Shown: positions 53,972-62,835, counted from the stretch's first letter. The stretch is DNA of 64,000 nucleotides from Patescibacteria group bacterium (GCA_038064495.1 JBBTSZ010000002.1:152934-216933); one strand, 5' to 3'. Notes: generated by a model not told the origin, from the letters alone. Translations and numbers: made by a program.

Positions 53972-56101
53972 TTACGATGGCCAGGAAGCGACCATGAGAA
54001 GGTCCTTCTCACCGGGTACGTGCTGCCAGATTTCTTCCGTCACAAACGGCATAAACGGGTGGAGGAGCTTGAGTGAGGTTGAAAGGAGTGAAATCAAAAC
54101 AACCTTTCTCATAGCTTTTGCTTCCTCGCTTCCCGTAGCAAAGATCACTTTAGATTCCTCCAGAATCTCTGCTGCAAGGCGGTCCCACACATAGTGATAG
54201 ATTTTGTCGGCCGCAAGATAGACGCGGAATGACTCAAGGTCTTTCGTTATGTCGGCTGAGATTTCCGCAAGCTCGTCTACGAGTTTGGCGTCTATCTCGT
54301 TTACATCTGCCCCCGCCTCACTTCCTTCAGTATTTTCAAAGATAAAACGCGAGATGTTCCACAGCTTATTTGCAAAGTGCTTGTAGCCCTTTACCTTGTC
54401 TTCGCTCATGGCAAGGTCCATACCAGGCGTGTTCCCGACGATAAGTGACATACGAAGTGCGTCAGTGCCGTATTTTTCCGTAAGCTCAAGCGGGTTGATC
54501 ACATTACCCTTGGATTTAGACATCTTCTTTCCTTTCGCATCGTTCACGAGTCCGTGCAAGTAGATATCTTTGAAAGGAACCTTTTTTCCAAGATAGAGTC
54601 CAAAGATAACCATGCGAGGAATCCATTTAAAAACCAAATCACGCCCGGTCTCCATAACGGAGGTGGGGTAGTAGGTGTCATAGTCCTTACCATCCGGATA
54701 TCCCGTTGTGAGAAGGGGCCATTGTCCGGAAGAAAACCAGGTATCAAAAGTGTCTGCATCCTTTTCCCAACCATCACCCTCCGGTTTCTCAAGACTTGCT
54801 CGCGCTTCGCCATCCTTAAACCAGGCCGGAATCGGAATACCCCATACGATTTGGCGTGAGATATTCCAATCAAGCGCGTTTTCCATCCAGTAGGTGAAGA
54901 CTTTTTCCTCGTGCGCTGGATAAAAGACCAGATCCTTTTTCTCCACTGCAGTAAGTGCGAGTTTCGCAAGGGGAGCCATTTTAACGAACCACTGGTCTTT
55001 GATTTGCGGCTCAATCAGAGTGTTGCACTTGTAGCAGCGCTTGACGACATTTTTGTAGCCTTCGTCAGTGCTCACGAGGAGTCCCTTTTCGCGTAGTTTC
55101 TCCACAATGAGTGGACGCGCTTCGGCAATCTTCTTTCCTTCAAATTCTCCTGAGATAGGAAGGAGTTTTCCACGCCAATCAATAATCTGCTCCATATCAA
55201 GGTTATGGCGCTCGGCAATCTCAAAGTCTATTTGCGAGTGCCATGGCGTAATCGTCATCACACCGGTACCAAACTCCATCTCAACTGCCTCGTCTTTGAT
55301 AATCGTTGCAGTAATCGGTCCGTTAATCCATTCCACATCAATGGTCTGACCATGCGTGTACTCGCTGTAGCGAGTATCCTTCGGATGCATCACTACGTAT
55401 TTATCTCCAAACTTCGTTTCAGGACGCACGGTACCAATAGAGAATGGCCCGTATTTGAAGGTATAAAAAGGTGTCTGCTCTTCAGTACTTTCTGTCTCAA
55501 CATCCGAAAGTGAGGTTTGATGCTTTGAACACCAATTAACCGTGCGCTTTCCACGATAGATAAGACCATCGTTAAACATCTTCACAAAAGTCTTTTGTAC
55601 CTCCTCTACCACATCAGTATCAAGCGTGAATTTCTCACGCGACCAATCACAGGAGGCTCCAAGTGAACGCACCTGGTTTTCCATGTGCGCTTTGTTTGCA
55701 AGCGTGAAATCCAGAATTTCCTTATAGAGTTCCTCCGGTTCCATGTTGAAACGGGAGCGACCCTCTTTTTCTAGTTTCTTCTCGTACACCACCTGGGTTT
55801 CAAATCCGGCATGGTCAGCTCCGGGAATCCAGAGCGCCTTGTATCCCTGCATACGCTTGAAGCGCGTCATGAGGTCCTCCATAGTTATCGCAAGCGCGTG
55901 CCCAACGTGCAGGGAACCGTTTGCGTTTGGCGGAGGCATGACAATGGTGAATGCCTCAGTACGGTCGCCCGGAAGATTGTCCGGATTAAAATACCCACTC
56001 TTCTCCCAGGCCTCATAGACGCGGGGTTCAGTCCCCACTGAGTCGTAGGGTTTTTTGAATTTCTCGTCCATTACTAACTGAATATAGCAAATAAAGCCCA
56101 A
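53972..56101 (-). CDS. valS: valine--tRNA ligase (compact form lacking the long C-terminal coiled coil)
   Basis: HIGH region PPPNANGSLHVGHA; GADHAGFETQ (ValRS type); KMSKSKGN. Confidence 0.8.
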   Translation of the reverse strand: MGFICYIQLVMDEKFKKPYDSVGTEPRVYEAWEKSGYFNPDNLPGDRTEAFTIVMPPPNANGSLHVGHALAITMEDLMTRFKRMQGYKALWIPGADHAGFETQVVYEKKLEKEGRSRFNMEPEELYKEILDFTLANKAHMENQVRSLGASCDWSREKFTLDTDVVEEVQKTFVKMFNDGLIYRGKRTVNWCSKHQTSLSDVETESTEEQTPFYTFKYGPFSIGTVRPETKFGDKYVVMHPKDTRYSEYTHGQTIDVEWINGPITATIIKDEAVEMEFGTGVMTITPWHSQIDFEIAERHNLDMEQIIDWRGKLLPISGEFEGKKIAEARPLIVEKLREKGLLVSTDEGYKNVVKRCYKCNTLIEPQIKDQWFVKMAPLAKLALTAVEKKDLVFYPAHEEKVFTYWMENALDWNISRQIVWGIPIPAWFKDGEARASLEKPEGDGWEKDADTFDTWFSSGQWPLLTTGYPDGKDYDTYYPTSVMETGRDLVFKWIPRMVIFGLYLGKKVPFKDIYLHGLVNDAKGKKMSKSKGNVINPLELTEKYGTDALRMSLIVGNTPGMDLAMSEDKVKGYKHFANKLWNISRFIFENTEGSEAGADVNEIDAKLVDELAEISADITKDLESFRVYLAADKIYHYVWDRLAAEILEESKVIFATGSEEAKAMRKVVLISLLSTSLKLLHPFMPFVTEEIWQHVPGEKDLLMVASWPS

Positions 56102-56110
56102 AACTGCTCC

Positions 56111-57298
56111 CTAACCTAGGTGCTGATTTCCTTCAGCCCGGAGGCCCTCTCGGTCAGCATATTCCTCGCGAAGCGCCTTATGGTAGCCTGCCATACCTAT
56201 CATGATGGCGTTGTCAGTGGTGAGTTCACTTTTCGGAAGTCGGAGCTGAACACCCCCTTGACTCCCTCCAAATGCCTTCTGAAAGTTCCGTTGGATATTT
56301 GTGTTCACAGAGACACCCCCGCCAAGCACGAGTGTACCTGCGTTAGTTTCTTCTATGGCACGGCATGTTTTTGCTAGAAGAACTTCACATACTGCGTCTT
56401 CAAACTCACGGGCAAGTTCGCCTCGCTCTATTTCAGAAAGCTCCGGATGGGCTTTGAGGTGATAGAGCACCGCGGTCTTGAGTCCACTAAAAGAGAAATC
56501 GCAATTTGGGTCGTGTAGCATGGGGCGCGGAAGCGTGGGTGTGTTCGCACTCATCTCATCAGCATGTGTGTGTCGCGTATGCTCAGCAAGTTGTGAGATT
56601 TCTGGTCCACCAGGGTAGGGAAGGTTAAGCATGCGCGCGACTTTGTCGTAGGCTTCACCTGCTGCGTCGTCCCTAGTTTCACCGATGCGTTCATAGACAC
56701 CCCACTTTTTCATCAGCAGAAGCTCGGTGTGTCCGCCAGAGATAAGGAGTGCAAGTACTGGGAAGGAGATATCGGTAATAGTAAATGAACCGTTTCCACC
56801 CTCGGCGAGCGCGGAGATAAGATGGCCTTCCATATGATTCACGGCAATAAGCGGTTTATTCCAGATAAGTGAAAGTGCTTTTGCAAAGTTAATACCCACC
56901 CACAGTGCTGGCTCAAGACCTGGGCCCGCAGTCACTGCTATCGCATCAATGTTCGGAGTTTCTATTTCAGAAAGTAATGCAAAAAAAGCTTGGTCGAGTT
57001 CAGGCTCACGTTCAAGAAGTGTACTCACTTCACTCTGAAGCCCGCCATCAAGTGCCTGCTTGTTCTCGACGAGAAGTCCAGCCTCTTCGAGTGCAGCTTC
57101 AAGAAGCGGTACCAGATTCTTTGCATGTTCGCGTTTCGCGACCGCCGGAAACACACCACCAAACTCGCGGTGGATATCTATTTGTGAAATCAGTGCGTTA
57201 CCAAGAACGCGGAAGGAGGCACTGTTCGCTTCGCCAGTACATTCAAGAATACTTACAGCGGTTTCGTCGCACGAGGTTTCAATTGCGAGTAGCTTCAT
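56111..57298 (-). CDS. tsaD: tRNA N6-adenosine threonylcarbamoyltransferase TsaD
   Basis: MKLLAIETSCDETAVSIL, Kae1/YgjD family His motif, GGVSVNT. Confidence 0.9.
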   Translation of the reverse strand: MKLLAIETSCDETAVSILECTGEANSASFRVLGNALISQIDIHREFGGVFPAVAKREHAKNLVPLLEAALEEAGLLVENKQALDGGLQSEVSTLLEREPELDQAFFALLSEIETPNIDAIAVTAGPGLEPALWVGINFAKALSLIWNKPLIAVNHMEGHLISALAEGGNGSFTITDISFPVLALLISGGHTELLLMKKWGVYERIGETRDDAAGEAYDKVARMLNLPYPGGPEISQLAEHTRHTHADEMSANTPTLPRPMLHDPNCDFSFSGLKTAVLYHLKAHPELSEIERGELAREFEDAVCEVLLAKTCRAIEETNAGTLVLGGGVSVNTNIQRNFQKAFGGSQGGVQLRLPKSELTTDNAIMIGMAGYHKALREEYADREGLRAEGNQHLG

Positions 57299-57415
57299 AT
57301 TCTTGAGAGCTGTGTAAAAGTCTTCAGATTCGAGGCGTTTTCGAGCGAAAACATGAGGCGTACAAGTCGTACGGCGAATGTTTGAGAGAAGGAAACAACA
57401 AAGAAGATGAGTCTT

Positions 57416-58273
57416 TTAGACATGCTCTCCGGTAACGGGAGTCCAGGGGAGAGGAGAACCCCACTCTACAAAAAAAGCAGCTGAGTCAGGATGACCGTTG
57501 CCACCATATTTCTGCGCAATCTTCGTGAGATCAATAGTGCCATCTCCTCGAAGTGAGACGGCAACACCGCCACTTTTGAGTTGCAACACGAGACCCATCG
57601 GACCCTGCTTCTTTGCGAGTGCGTTTCCATAGGCAGACACCATCGTCTTCATGGGGTGTACCTGGCCGACGAGCACCTCGTATCCTTCAAAGGATACGAG
57701 CTTTGCTCGGTCCACAGCTTGTTCTACGAGAAGATCAAAGTATTCACGGTAAGCGCTCGCTTTCGCAAGGAGTGCAGAAGAGCGCTCTGGGTCATCGAGG
57801 GTAGCAGCAAGTTCATCCCAGAACTCAAATGAAAATGGACTTACAGAAATGTACGAGAGAAGTGCCTTTGTTTCGGGGAGTTTGAAACGGAACAAGTCAT
57901 CGTCTTCTACATGAAGCAGAAGACGGGGAATCGGTGTCTCAGGATGGAAATAGCTCCAGGCAATAGTTGCACCAGAGTGGTCTGCGTCGTACACATGCTC
58001 CGGAATACTGGTTACGACGTCCTCAATGCCCTCATGGTGATCAAGGACGGTAAGTGTTGTTGCTTCACCAAGAATCTTTTCCATGACCTCTTTGGTGTAA
58101 CAGAAATCAATAAAGTAGACCATTGCGCCGGCAAACTCGTCTGGCACGGGTGCGCCATAGGAAACCGGTAGATATTCAGCGGAGGTACCGAATTTCTTCC
58201 AGGCAGCATAGGCACCCCCGAAGCCATCGGGGCAATTCGCGTGGTAACAGATAAGAGTTCGTGCGGTGTCCAT
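57416..58273 (-). CDS. DHH-family phosphoesterase (NrnA-like nanoRNase/pAp phosphatase)
   Basis: DHH motif (LDHHEG) and DHHA1 GGNGHPDSAA. Confidence 0.8.
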   Translation of the reverse strand: MDTARTLICYHANCPDGFGGAYAAWKKFGTSAEYLPVSYGAPVPDEFAGAMVYFIDFCYTKEVMEKILGEATTLTVLDHHEGIEDVVTSIPEHVYDADHSGATIAWSYFHPETPIPRLLLHVEDDDLFRFKLPETKALLSYISVSPFSFEFWDELAATLDDPERSSALLAKASAYREYFDLLVEQAVDRAKLVSFEGYEVLVGQVHPMKTMVSAYGNALAKKQGPMGLVLQLKSGGVAVSLRGDGTIDLTKIAQKYGGNGHPDSAAFFVEWGSPLPWTPVTGEHV

Positions 58274-58311
58274 AGAGCCACTCTAAAGCAAAGAATGGGT
58301 TCAGGGAAGCG

Positions 58312-58349
58312 TAATTAAAAAGATTCGGCCCCAGCACACGCTGGGGCCG
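58312..58349 (-). terminator. intrinsic terminator CGGCCCCAGC-gtgt-GCTGGGGCCG + AATCTTTTT (minus strand)
   Basis: Perfect 10-bp stem with T-tract on the minus strand. Confidence 0.7.
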
Positions 58350-58356
58350 AGAAAGC

Positions 58357-58647
58357 CTAGGGCTTCTTGAGCTCAATTTGAAAGTTGCGGGATTTGCCGT
58401 CTTCAGCAAGGCCCGTGTCGAAGAGCATGACGCCGGAAACGTCCGACATGAATTTCTTCGCCGCATCGTAGTCCGGGCAGATAAGGTCCAACCGCCTCGG
58501 ACCGTTTGTGCCCGGTACCTTGTTCACCACACGGCAGGAGTCCGAAGATTTCAAGGCCAGAACAACAAGCGGGTTGTCGCCAGCGAAAGCAGGAACGGAA
58601 AGAGTGCCTGCTGTTACCAAAAGAGTCAGTATCTTTAAGGTGCGCAT
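58357..58647 (-). CDS. small secreted hypothetical protein
   Basis: AAGGAGGGTG upstream of the ATG; signal peptide MRTLKILTLLVTAGTLSVPAFA; 96 aa. Confidence 0.55.
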   Translation of the reverse strand: MRTLKILTLLVTAGTLSVPAFAGDNPLVVLALKSSDSCRVVNKVPGTNGPRRLDLICPDYDAAKKFMSDVSGVMLFDTGLAEDGKSRNFQIELKKP

Positions 58648-58769
58648 GGCACCCTCCTTTCTAGTCTAATCTGGACGAACCATTCATCCGGGTATGGTAT
58701 ACACCCGGAGTGGAAGTGTGGCAATTGGGGGGATTCTTCCGCAACTCAAATCCTCGTCGCCACTCGGAT

Positions 58770-58801
58770 CTGCGCGGTGAGGGAACGCGAGTACGCTTTC
58801 G
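58770..58801 (-). repeat. 20-nt motif CCGAAAGCGTACTCGCGTTC + direct repeat of the tRNA-Val 3' end (TCCCTCACCGCGCA), read on the minus strand
   Basis: Plus strand TGCGCGGTGAGGGA (58770-58783) is identical to 58925-58938; motif at 58782-58801; same arrangement as 41708-41741. Confidence 0.65.
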
Positions 58802-58857
58802 GTCCCTACAGGACCTGTACACGTTGCGGATTTTGCTTCGCAACATGCTCGCAACAT

Positions 58858-58924
58858 CTTCGAATCCCTCACGCTCGTCTCCCAGACGAGCTACCGCGCA
58901 CAAAATCCCCTTACGGGTATTTTG
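58858..58924. repeat. inverted partial copy of the tRNA-Val T-loop/acceptor block, split by an 8-bp hairpin GCTCGTCT-ccc-AGACGAGC, forming an 18-bp stem with the tRNA 3' trailer
   Basis: Plus strand TTCGAATCCCTCAC[insert 58872-58891]ACCGCGCACAAAATCCCC-ttac-GGGTATTTTGTGCGCGGT. Confidence 0.6.
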
Positions 58925-58997
58925 TGCGCGGTGAGGGATTCGAACCCCCGACATCGTCAACGTCAATGACGCGCTCTACCAACTGAGCTAACCGCGC
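58925..58997 (-). tRNA. tRNA-Val (anticodon GAC)
   Basis: Minus strand GCGCGGT-TA-GCTCAGTTGGTAGAGC-G-CGTCA-TTGACGT-TGACG-ATGTC-GGGGGTTCGAATCCCTC-ACCGCGC-A. Confidence 0.85.
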
Positions 58998-59038
58998 ATA
59001 GCTCGCACAATACCGCGACTTGGCCTAGTATTCAATAT

Positions 59039-59662
59039 ATGAAAATCCTCCAGCTTCATGAGGTTGGTGTTGAAGCCGCGGCGAAAGAAGCCGCGCTTGT
59101 GTTACGTAAGGGAGGTATCGTCTTATATCCCACCGACACGCTCTATGGACTTGCCGTTGACGCAGGGAACATTCCTGCGCTTACTCGACTACGCGAACTC
59201 AAAGGGAGAGAAAAGAAGAAACCCATCTCCATCGTTGTTAAAAGTCACACGGTGCTTGAGGAATACGCTGAACTTACCGAGGAAGCGCACACTCTTGCTC
59301 AACGTTTTTTACCAGGACCACTTACGCTTGTCGTACCTGCTCGCCCGGCGGTTGCCGCAGAACTGCTTCTCAATGGTGCGGTCGGGCTCCGCATTCCAAA
59401 TCATCCGTTTACGACCGCTTTCTCAAGAATATTCGGTAAACCCTATACCGCGACTTCAGCAAACCGTTCTGGACTCATTTCTGCGACCTCGGTTGCTGAA
59501 GCAATTGAACAGTTTGGACCACGAGTTCAAGAAATAGATTTAGTTATTGATGCAGGAATTTGCGAGAACAATACGCCATCTACCGTTTTGATCTATCAAG
59601 ACGGGATTCTTCGTGTTCTTCGCGAGGGCAAAATGAGCAGGGAAGAACTCGGTCTTATCTAG
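59039..59662 (+). CDS. tsaC: L-threonylcarbamoyladenylate synthase (TsaC/YrdC/Sua5 family)
   Basis: YPTDTLYGLAVDA...KKPISI...PGPLTLVVP...GLRIPNHP. Confidence 0.85.
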   Translation: MKILQLHEVGVEAAAKEAALVLRKGGIVLYPTDTLYGLAVDAGNIPALTRLRELKGREKKKPISIVVKSHTVLEEYAELTEEAHTLAQRFLPGPLTLVVPARPAVAAELLLNGAVGLRIPNHPFTTAFSRIFGKPYTATSANRSGLISATSVAEAIEQFGPRVQEIDLVIDAGICENNTPSTVLIYQDGILRVLREGKMSREELGLI

Positions 59663-59754
59663 CCACCCGGGCCTCTTGCGCCCATAAGGTTCCGAGGTAT
59701 TGTATCGGTAGGCCAAAAACGTCGTGTTTGAGGCGTCCCAAAGAGGAGAGGATT

Positions 59755-60111
59755 ATGAAGCGTTTTATTGCTCTTTTTGCCACTATCGCCCTGTCTGTTT
59801 CGCCGGCCCTCGTGACCGCCGCGAAGTCTGCGCCGCAAAACGCTCGCGCACAATACGAGGCAGCTGAAGCAGCTGTCCTTGCTGCCTGCAAGGAAGCACG
59901 GATTACCAAATGCGACTTCGCCGCTCGTTACAAACTCGTGAAGTACGTTGAAATGGCTTCACGCAAGTTGCTGTTCACACCGGCTGGCAGTTACAAGAAT
60001 ACGACTGAGCAGAATCTGAAACTTGCGCGCAACATTCGCAAGAACAAGACTCGCTTCACGAACGGCGAATTCAACTTCACGCTTGCGCAAAGCTGGGAAG
60101 TGGTTGCATAA
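59755..60111 (+). CDS. small secreted hypothetical protein
   Basis: AAGAGGAGAGG upstream; signal peptide MKRFIALFATIALSVSPALVTAA; 118 aa. Confidence 0.55.
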   Translation: MKRFIALFATIALSVSPALVTAAKSAPQNARAQYEAAEAAVLAACKEARITKCDFAARYKLVKYVEMASRKLLFTPAGSYKNTTEQNLKLARNIRKNKTRFTNGEFNFTLAQSWEVVA

Positions 60112-60132
60112 CCACGTTTTTCCCACACGCAC

Positions 60133-60164
60133 AAAATACCCCGAGCTTGCTCGGGGTATTTTTT
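60133..60164 (+). terminator. intrinsic terminator AAAATACCCCGAGC-ttgc-TCGGGGTATTTTTT
   Basis: Perfect stem with T-tract. Confidence 0.75.
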
Positions 60165-60165
60165 C

Positions 60166-60194
60166 ATACAAAAGGCCGCCCCCGGAGGAGCGGC
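60166..60194 (-). terminator. intrinsic terminator GGCCGC-tcctccgggg-GCGGCC + TTTTGTATG (minus strand)
   Basis: Back-to-back with the plus-strand terminator between convergent genes. Confidence 0.55.
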
Positions 60195-60216
60195 CCTATG
60201 ATTTAACTGATACTGA

Positions 60217-60762
60217 CTATGCAGACACTGCCGTCAGGCGTGAGATATTTTCCATCGGATCGAATCTTGCTGGCAAAGTCTCAACTTCCTTGGTAAAGCG
60301 GCAAAGCATGTCGTTCATGAGTGGCATGAAAGCCAGGTCATGGACTAGGTTCAGTACACCGAGTCTGCCACCAACCTCAACTCCGATAAGTGCGTGCCGG
60401 GTAGACCAGCCGATGCACGAACTGAGATACTTGCCGGCTGTAAGTGTGAGAAGTACCTCAACTGAGCTCACCACAAATGGGCTCAGTTCGTCTGGCGACT
60501 TCGGCATTCGAGAAAGAAGTCGAAGTGTAGCAGTTTGGCAGCCGTGGCTGTCCATTTCATATGTCCGGTAGTGAAGGGCACCTTGCGGGTAATCTTTCGC
60601 GGGTGCATTTGGTTGGACTGACATAAGCGGTTGCACCCACTCGATTGCGCTTGCGCGGCGAATGTTCATCCGCTTACCTTGGTTGGTGGCGTAGTCGGCC
60701 AGTATCCCGTCGCGAACATTCTGCACCAGCGAAATGAGCTGGTTAATATCAACAGTGCTCAT
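60217..60762 (-). CDS. hypothetical protein
   Basis: AGGAGA 7 nt upstream of ATG 60762; 181 aa with no known motif; preferred over antisense ORF 60023-60571. Confidence 0.55.
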   Translation of the reverse strand: MSTVDINQLISLVQNVRDGILADYATNQGKRMNIRRASAIEWVQPLMSVQPNAPAKDYPQGALHYRTYEMDSHGCQTATLRLLSRMPKSPDELSPFVVSSVEVLLTLTAGKYLSSCIGWSTRHALIGVEVGGRLGVLNLVHDLAFMPLMNDMLCRFTKEVETLPARFDPMENISRLTAVSA

Positions 60763-60850
60763 CTGAATTCTCCTGTAGCAAGAAGACCAGTCTTCCTCGG
60801 TGAGTATAGGGCACTAAGCACCACAAGCAACTTTTCATAGCAGAGACCTT

Positions 60851-61573
60851 TCACAAAAGTTCACGCACCAGATTATGATATATGCCATCAATACTCCCCA
60901 TTATCCTTGCAAAATAAAGTCGCCCCGGGACACGCACGGCCATGGTTCCGTATGGAAGAGTAGTCCCTGGTCTAATTTTTTTGCTAGCTTTACTCACTGC
61001 ATTTGAATACCAGAATTTCTCTTTTGGAATGCCACTAATGTTTGACCAGTATCGCTTAGCCGTATTTGGGTCGATACCATCATATAAACGCAATTCACCG
61101 GACAATTTCTCTTCGGGTACATGTAGAGACTCTCGAATAAATCTCATAAAAACCTGAATCACTCTCGGATCAGAGTTTGTAAAAATCAAGCGAGGAGTTT
61201 TTCCAATTCCACCACTTTTCGTACCTTCACCCCAATAGAGTGTTGTTCCTATGAGAAAGATTTCACGTTGCGTAAGAGCTCCTACCAAATCCTTACCAGT
61301 AATATATGCCGTAGCATCGGCGTCACGTATCTTTCTTGACCTTTCATCATTAAATTTCTTAAATCCAGACCTCGCCGTTTTCTCGGTAGTATGTAGAAGT
61401 CTCTTTTTAGCATCAGCGGATAACGCAAGGTCCTTGAGCCAATGACTTAGTGTGCCACGAGAACTGACCTGGAGTTTTTCCTGAATTTCCCTATAGCTGA
61501 AACCTGAAAGACGTAGATTAATGGCCTTCTCCTTGGTTCCTGGAGGGACTCGTTGCCTATATTTTGAACCCAT
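60851..61573 (-). CDS. N-terminal HTH DNA-binding protein with a possible single-motif LAGLIDADG-like core (tentative)
   Basis: GFSYREIQEKLQVSSRGTLSHWLKDL looks like an HTH; FLIGTTLYWGEGTKS loosely resembles LAGLIDADG; adjacent to tRNA-Glu. Confidence 0.5.
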   Translation of the reverse strand: MGSKYRQRVPPGTKEKAINLRLSGFSYREIQEKLQVSSRGTLSHWLKDLALSADAKKRLLHTTEKTARSGFKKFNDERSRKIRDADATAYITGKDLVGALTQREIFLIGTTLYWGEGTKSGGIGKTPRLIFTNSDPRVIQVFMRFIRESLHVPEEKLSGELRLYDGIDPNTAKRYWSNISGIPKEKFWYSNAVSKASKKIRPGTTLPYGTMAVRVPGRLYFARIMGSIDGIYHNLVRELL

Positions 61574-61621
61574 ATATACATTTTAATAGGCACTCTAAGG
61601 AGTACCAATTATACTGTGTGG

Positions 61622-61693
61622 ACATAAATCATGACCCTACGGAGAATCGAACTCCGATTTCCTGCGTGAAAGGCGGGCGTCCTAACCGTTAGA
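61622..61693 (-). tRNA. tRNA-Glu (anticodon TTC)
   Basis: Minus strand GGCCCTA-TC-GTCTAACGGTTAGGAC-G-CCCGC-CTTTCAC-GCAGG-AAAT-CGGAGTTCGATTCTCCG-TAGGGTC-A; one C-A mismatch in the anticodon stem as I read it. Confidence 0.75.
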
Positions 61694-61757
61694 CGATAGG
61701 GCCACACTGCTATATCCTACATTTTTACAGCCTAAAATGCTAGGATTTGCGAACCCG

Positions 61758-61842
61758 GGAGAGGTGCGTGAGTGGTTGAAACGACCGGTTTCGAAAACCG
61801 GCATACCGCAAGGTATCGAGGGTTCAAATCCCTCCCTCTCCG
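61758..61842 (+). tRNA. tRNA-Ser (anticodon CGA), class II
   Basis: Acceptor GGAGAGG/CCTCTCC, anticodon stem CCGGT/ACCGG with loop TTCGAAA, long variable arm, T-loop TTCAAAT. Confidence 0.85.
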
Positions 61843-61845
61843 CTC

Positions 61846-61912
61846 TTGACAAAGAGTTATTGATATGTTTATATAATGTCAGATTTGGATTTTGAGCTAT
61901 TGTGGCTCAAAA
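61846..61912 (+). promoter_or_regulatory. strong candidate promoter TTGACA-N18-TATATAAT followed by 8-bp IR TTTTGAGC-N7-GCTCAAAA, driving the high-GC gene
   Basis: Perfect -35 starts 4 nt after the tRNA-Ser(CGA) 3' end; extended TATATAAT at 61870-61877; IR at 61890-61912; AGGAGG at 61935-61940. Confidence 0.5.
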
Positions 61913-61948
61913 CAAGCACATTCCCAAGCAAAACAGGAGGTACAGCAA

Positions 61949-62806
61949 ATGACACTTACCGAACTTCTGCAGATCGGCGACGAGGTCGTCTTTAAGGTCG
62001 ACCCCGAACGTCGCGCGTGGACGGACACCTACAAGGATGTTCCCGACGGCACCAAGGGTATCGTATGCGGCTTCTACGATGCCGTCATCTACGAATCTCG
62101 TGTGCCGGTTCTCGTGCATCAACCCGGCGTCTACCACCGCAAGGGCGCGGTGTCGGTCTGGCTTCGAGACGGCCGTGTCGTTCCCGGTGACTGGTCGATC
62201 GAGATGGTCGACAAGGACCAGGAGAAGCGTCGCGACGCCGCACTGCGTGGCGCCGACGGCGTGCTTCGCACCGAACAGGTACGCCTCGGCGACCTGCCGG
62301 AAACCAAGTTCTGGGAACAGGACAAGGTGCGTGTCCGCTTTCCGCATGACGGCAACGAGCACGAGATGGTCATCGGCCGTATCGACTACCATCACCTGCA
62401 CAAGTGTCGTGACGACGGCTCACCATGGCCTTTCTACGATGTGCGGCGGTACATGGAAGGTGGTCAGATCAGCGCCGAGGAGTCGTGGATTGAGCTCATC
62501 GAGCGCGGCAACGTCTGGAAGTATCACAACAACCAGCCGCTCTCGTTCGCCGATCTGAAGGAGGAAGCCAGCTTCTTCCAACTGGTCGGACAGACCGAGG
62601 AGATGCGCAATCCGGCGAACGGCTACTACAGCTGGACGAAGGATGAAGTGCTCGAGGCCATCAAGAATGGCACCGTGCACGGCTTCTCGGTCAGTAGCGG
62701 CTTCTTCGGCTCCGGTCCGCATATCAACGCTCAGCGCTTCAAGGACGAGGCGCTCGGCAAGCGAGTTGCGAAGGCTACGCTCGAAGGCTTTGACATCGCC
62801 GCCTGA
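61949..62806 (+). CDS. hypothetical protein encoded by a visibly high-GC gene (compositional island next to tRNA-Ser)
   Basis: AGGAGG 8 nt upstream; 285 aa with no recognisable motif; GC clearly above the flanks, giving rise to long overlapping frame-shadow ORFs. Confidence 0.55.
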   Translation: MTLTELLQIGDEVVFKVDPERRAWTDTYKDVPDGTKGIVCGFYDAVIYESRVPVLVHQPGVYHRKGAVSVWLRDGRVVPGDWSIEMVDKDQEKRRDAALRGADGVLRTEQVRLGDLPETKFWEQDKVRVRFPHDGNEHEMVIGRIDYHHLHKCRDDGSPWPFYDVRRYMEGGQISAEESWIELIERGNVWKYHNNQPLSFADLKEEASFFQLVGQTEEMRNPANGYYSWTKDEVLEAIKNGTVHGFSVSSGFFGSGPHINAQRFKDEALGKRVAKATLEGFDIAA

Positions 62807-62835
62807 ACAACCACTACGTGACTTCGGTCACATCA

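Noticed and set aside
60023-60571. 182-aa plus-strand ORF
   Set aside because: It overlaps the better-supported minus-strand gene 60217-60762 (AGGAGA RBS, terminator), and its translation is Ser/Arg-rich.
61907-62558. 164-aa minus-strand and 173-aa plus-strand ORFs overlapping the high-GC gene
   Set aside because: High GC suppresses stop codons in all frames, and the translations are Arg/Ala/Thr-rich low-complexity. Only the frame with an RBS and promoter (61949-62806) is kept.
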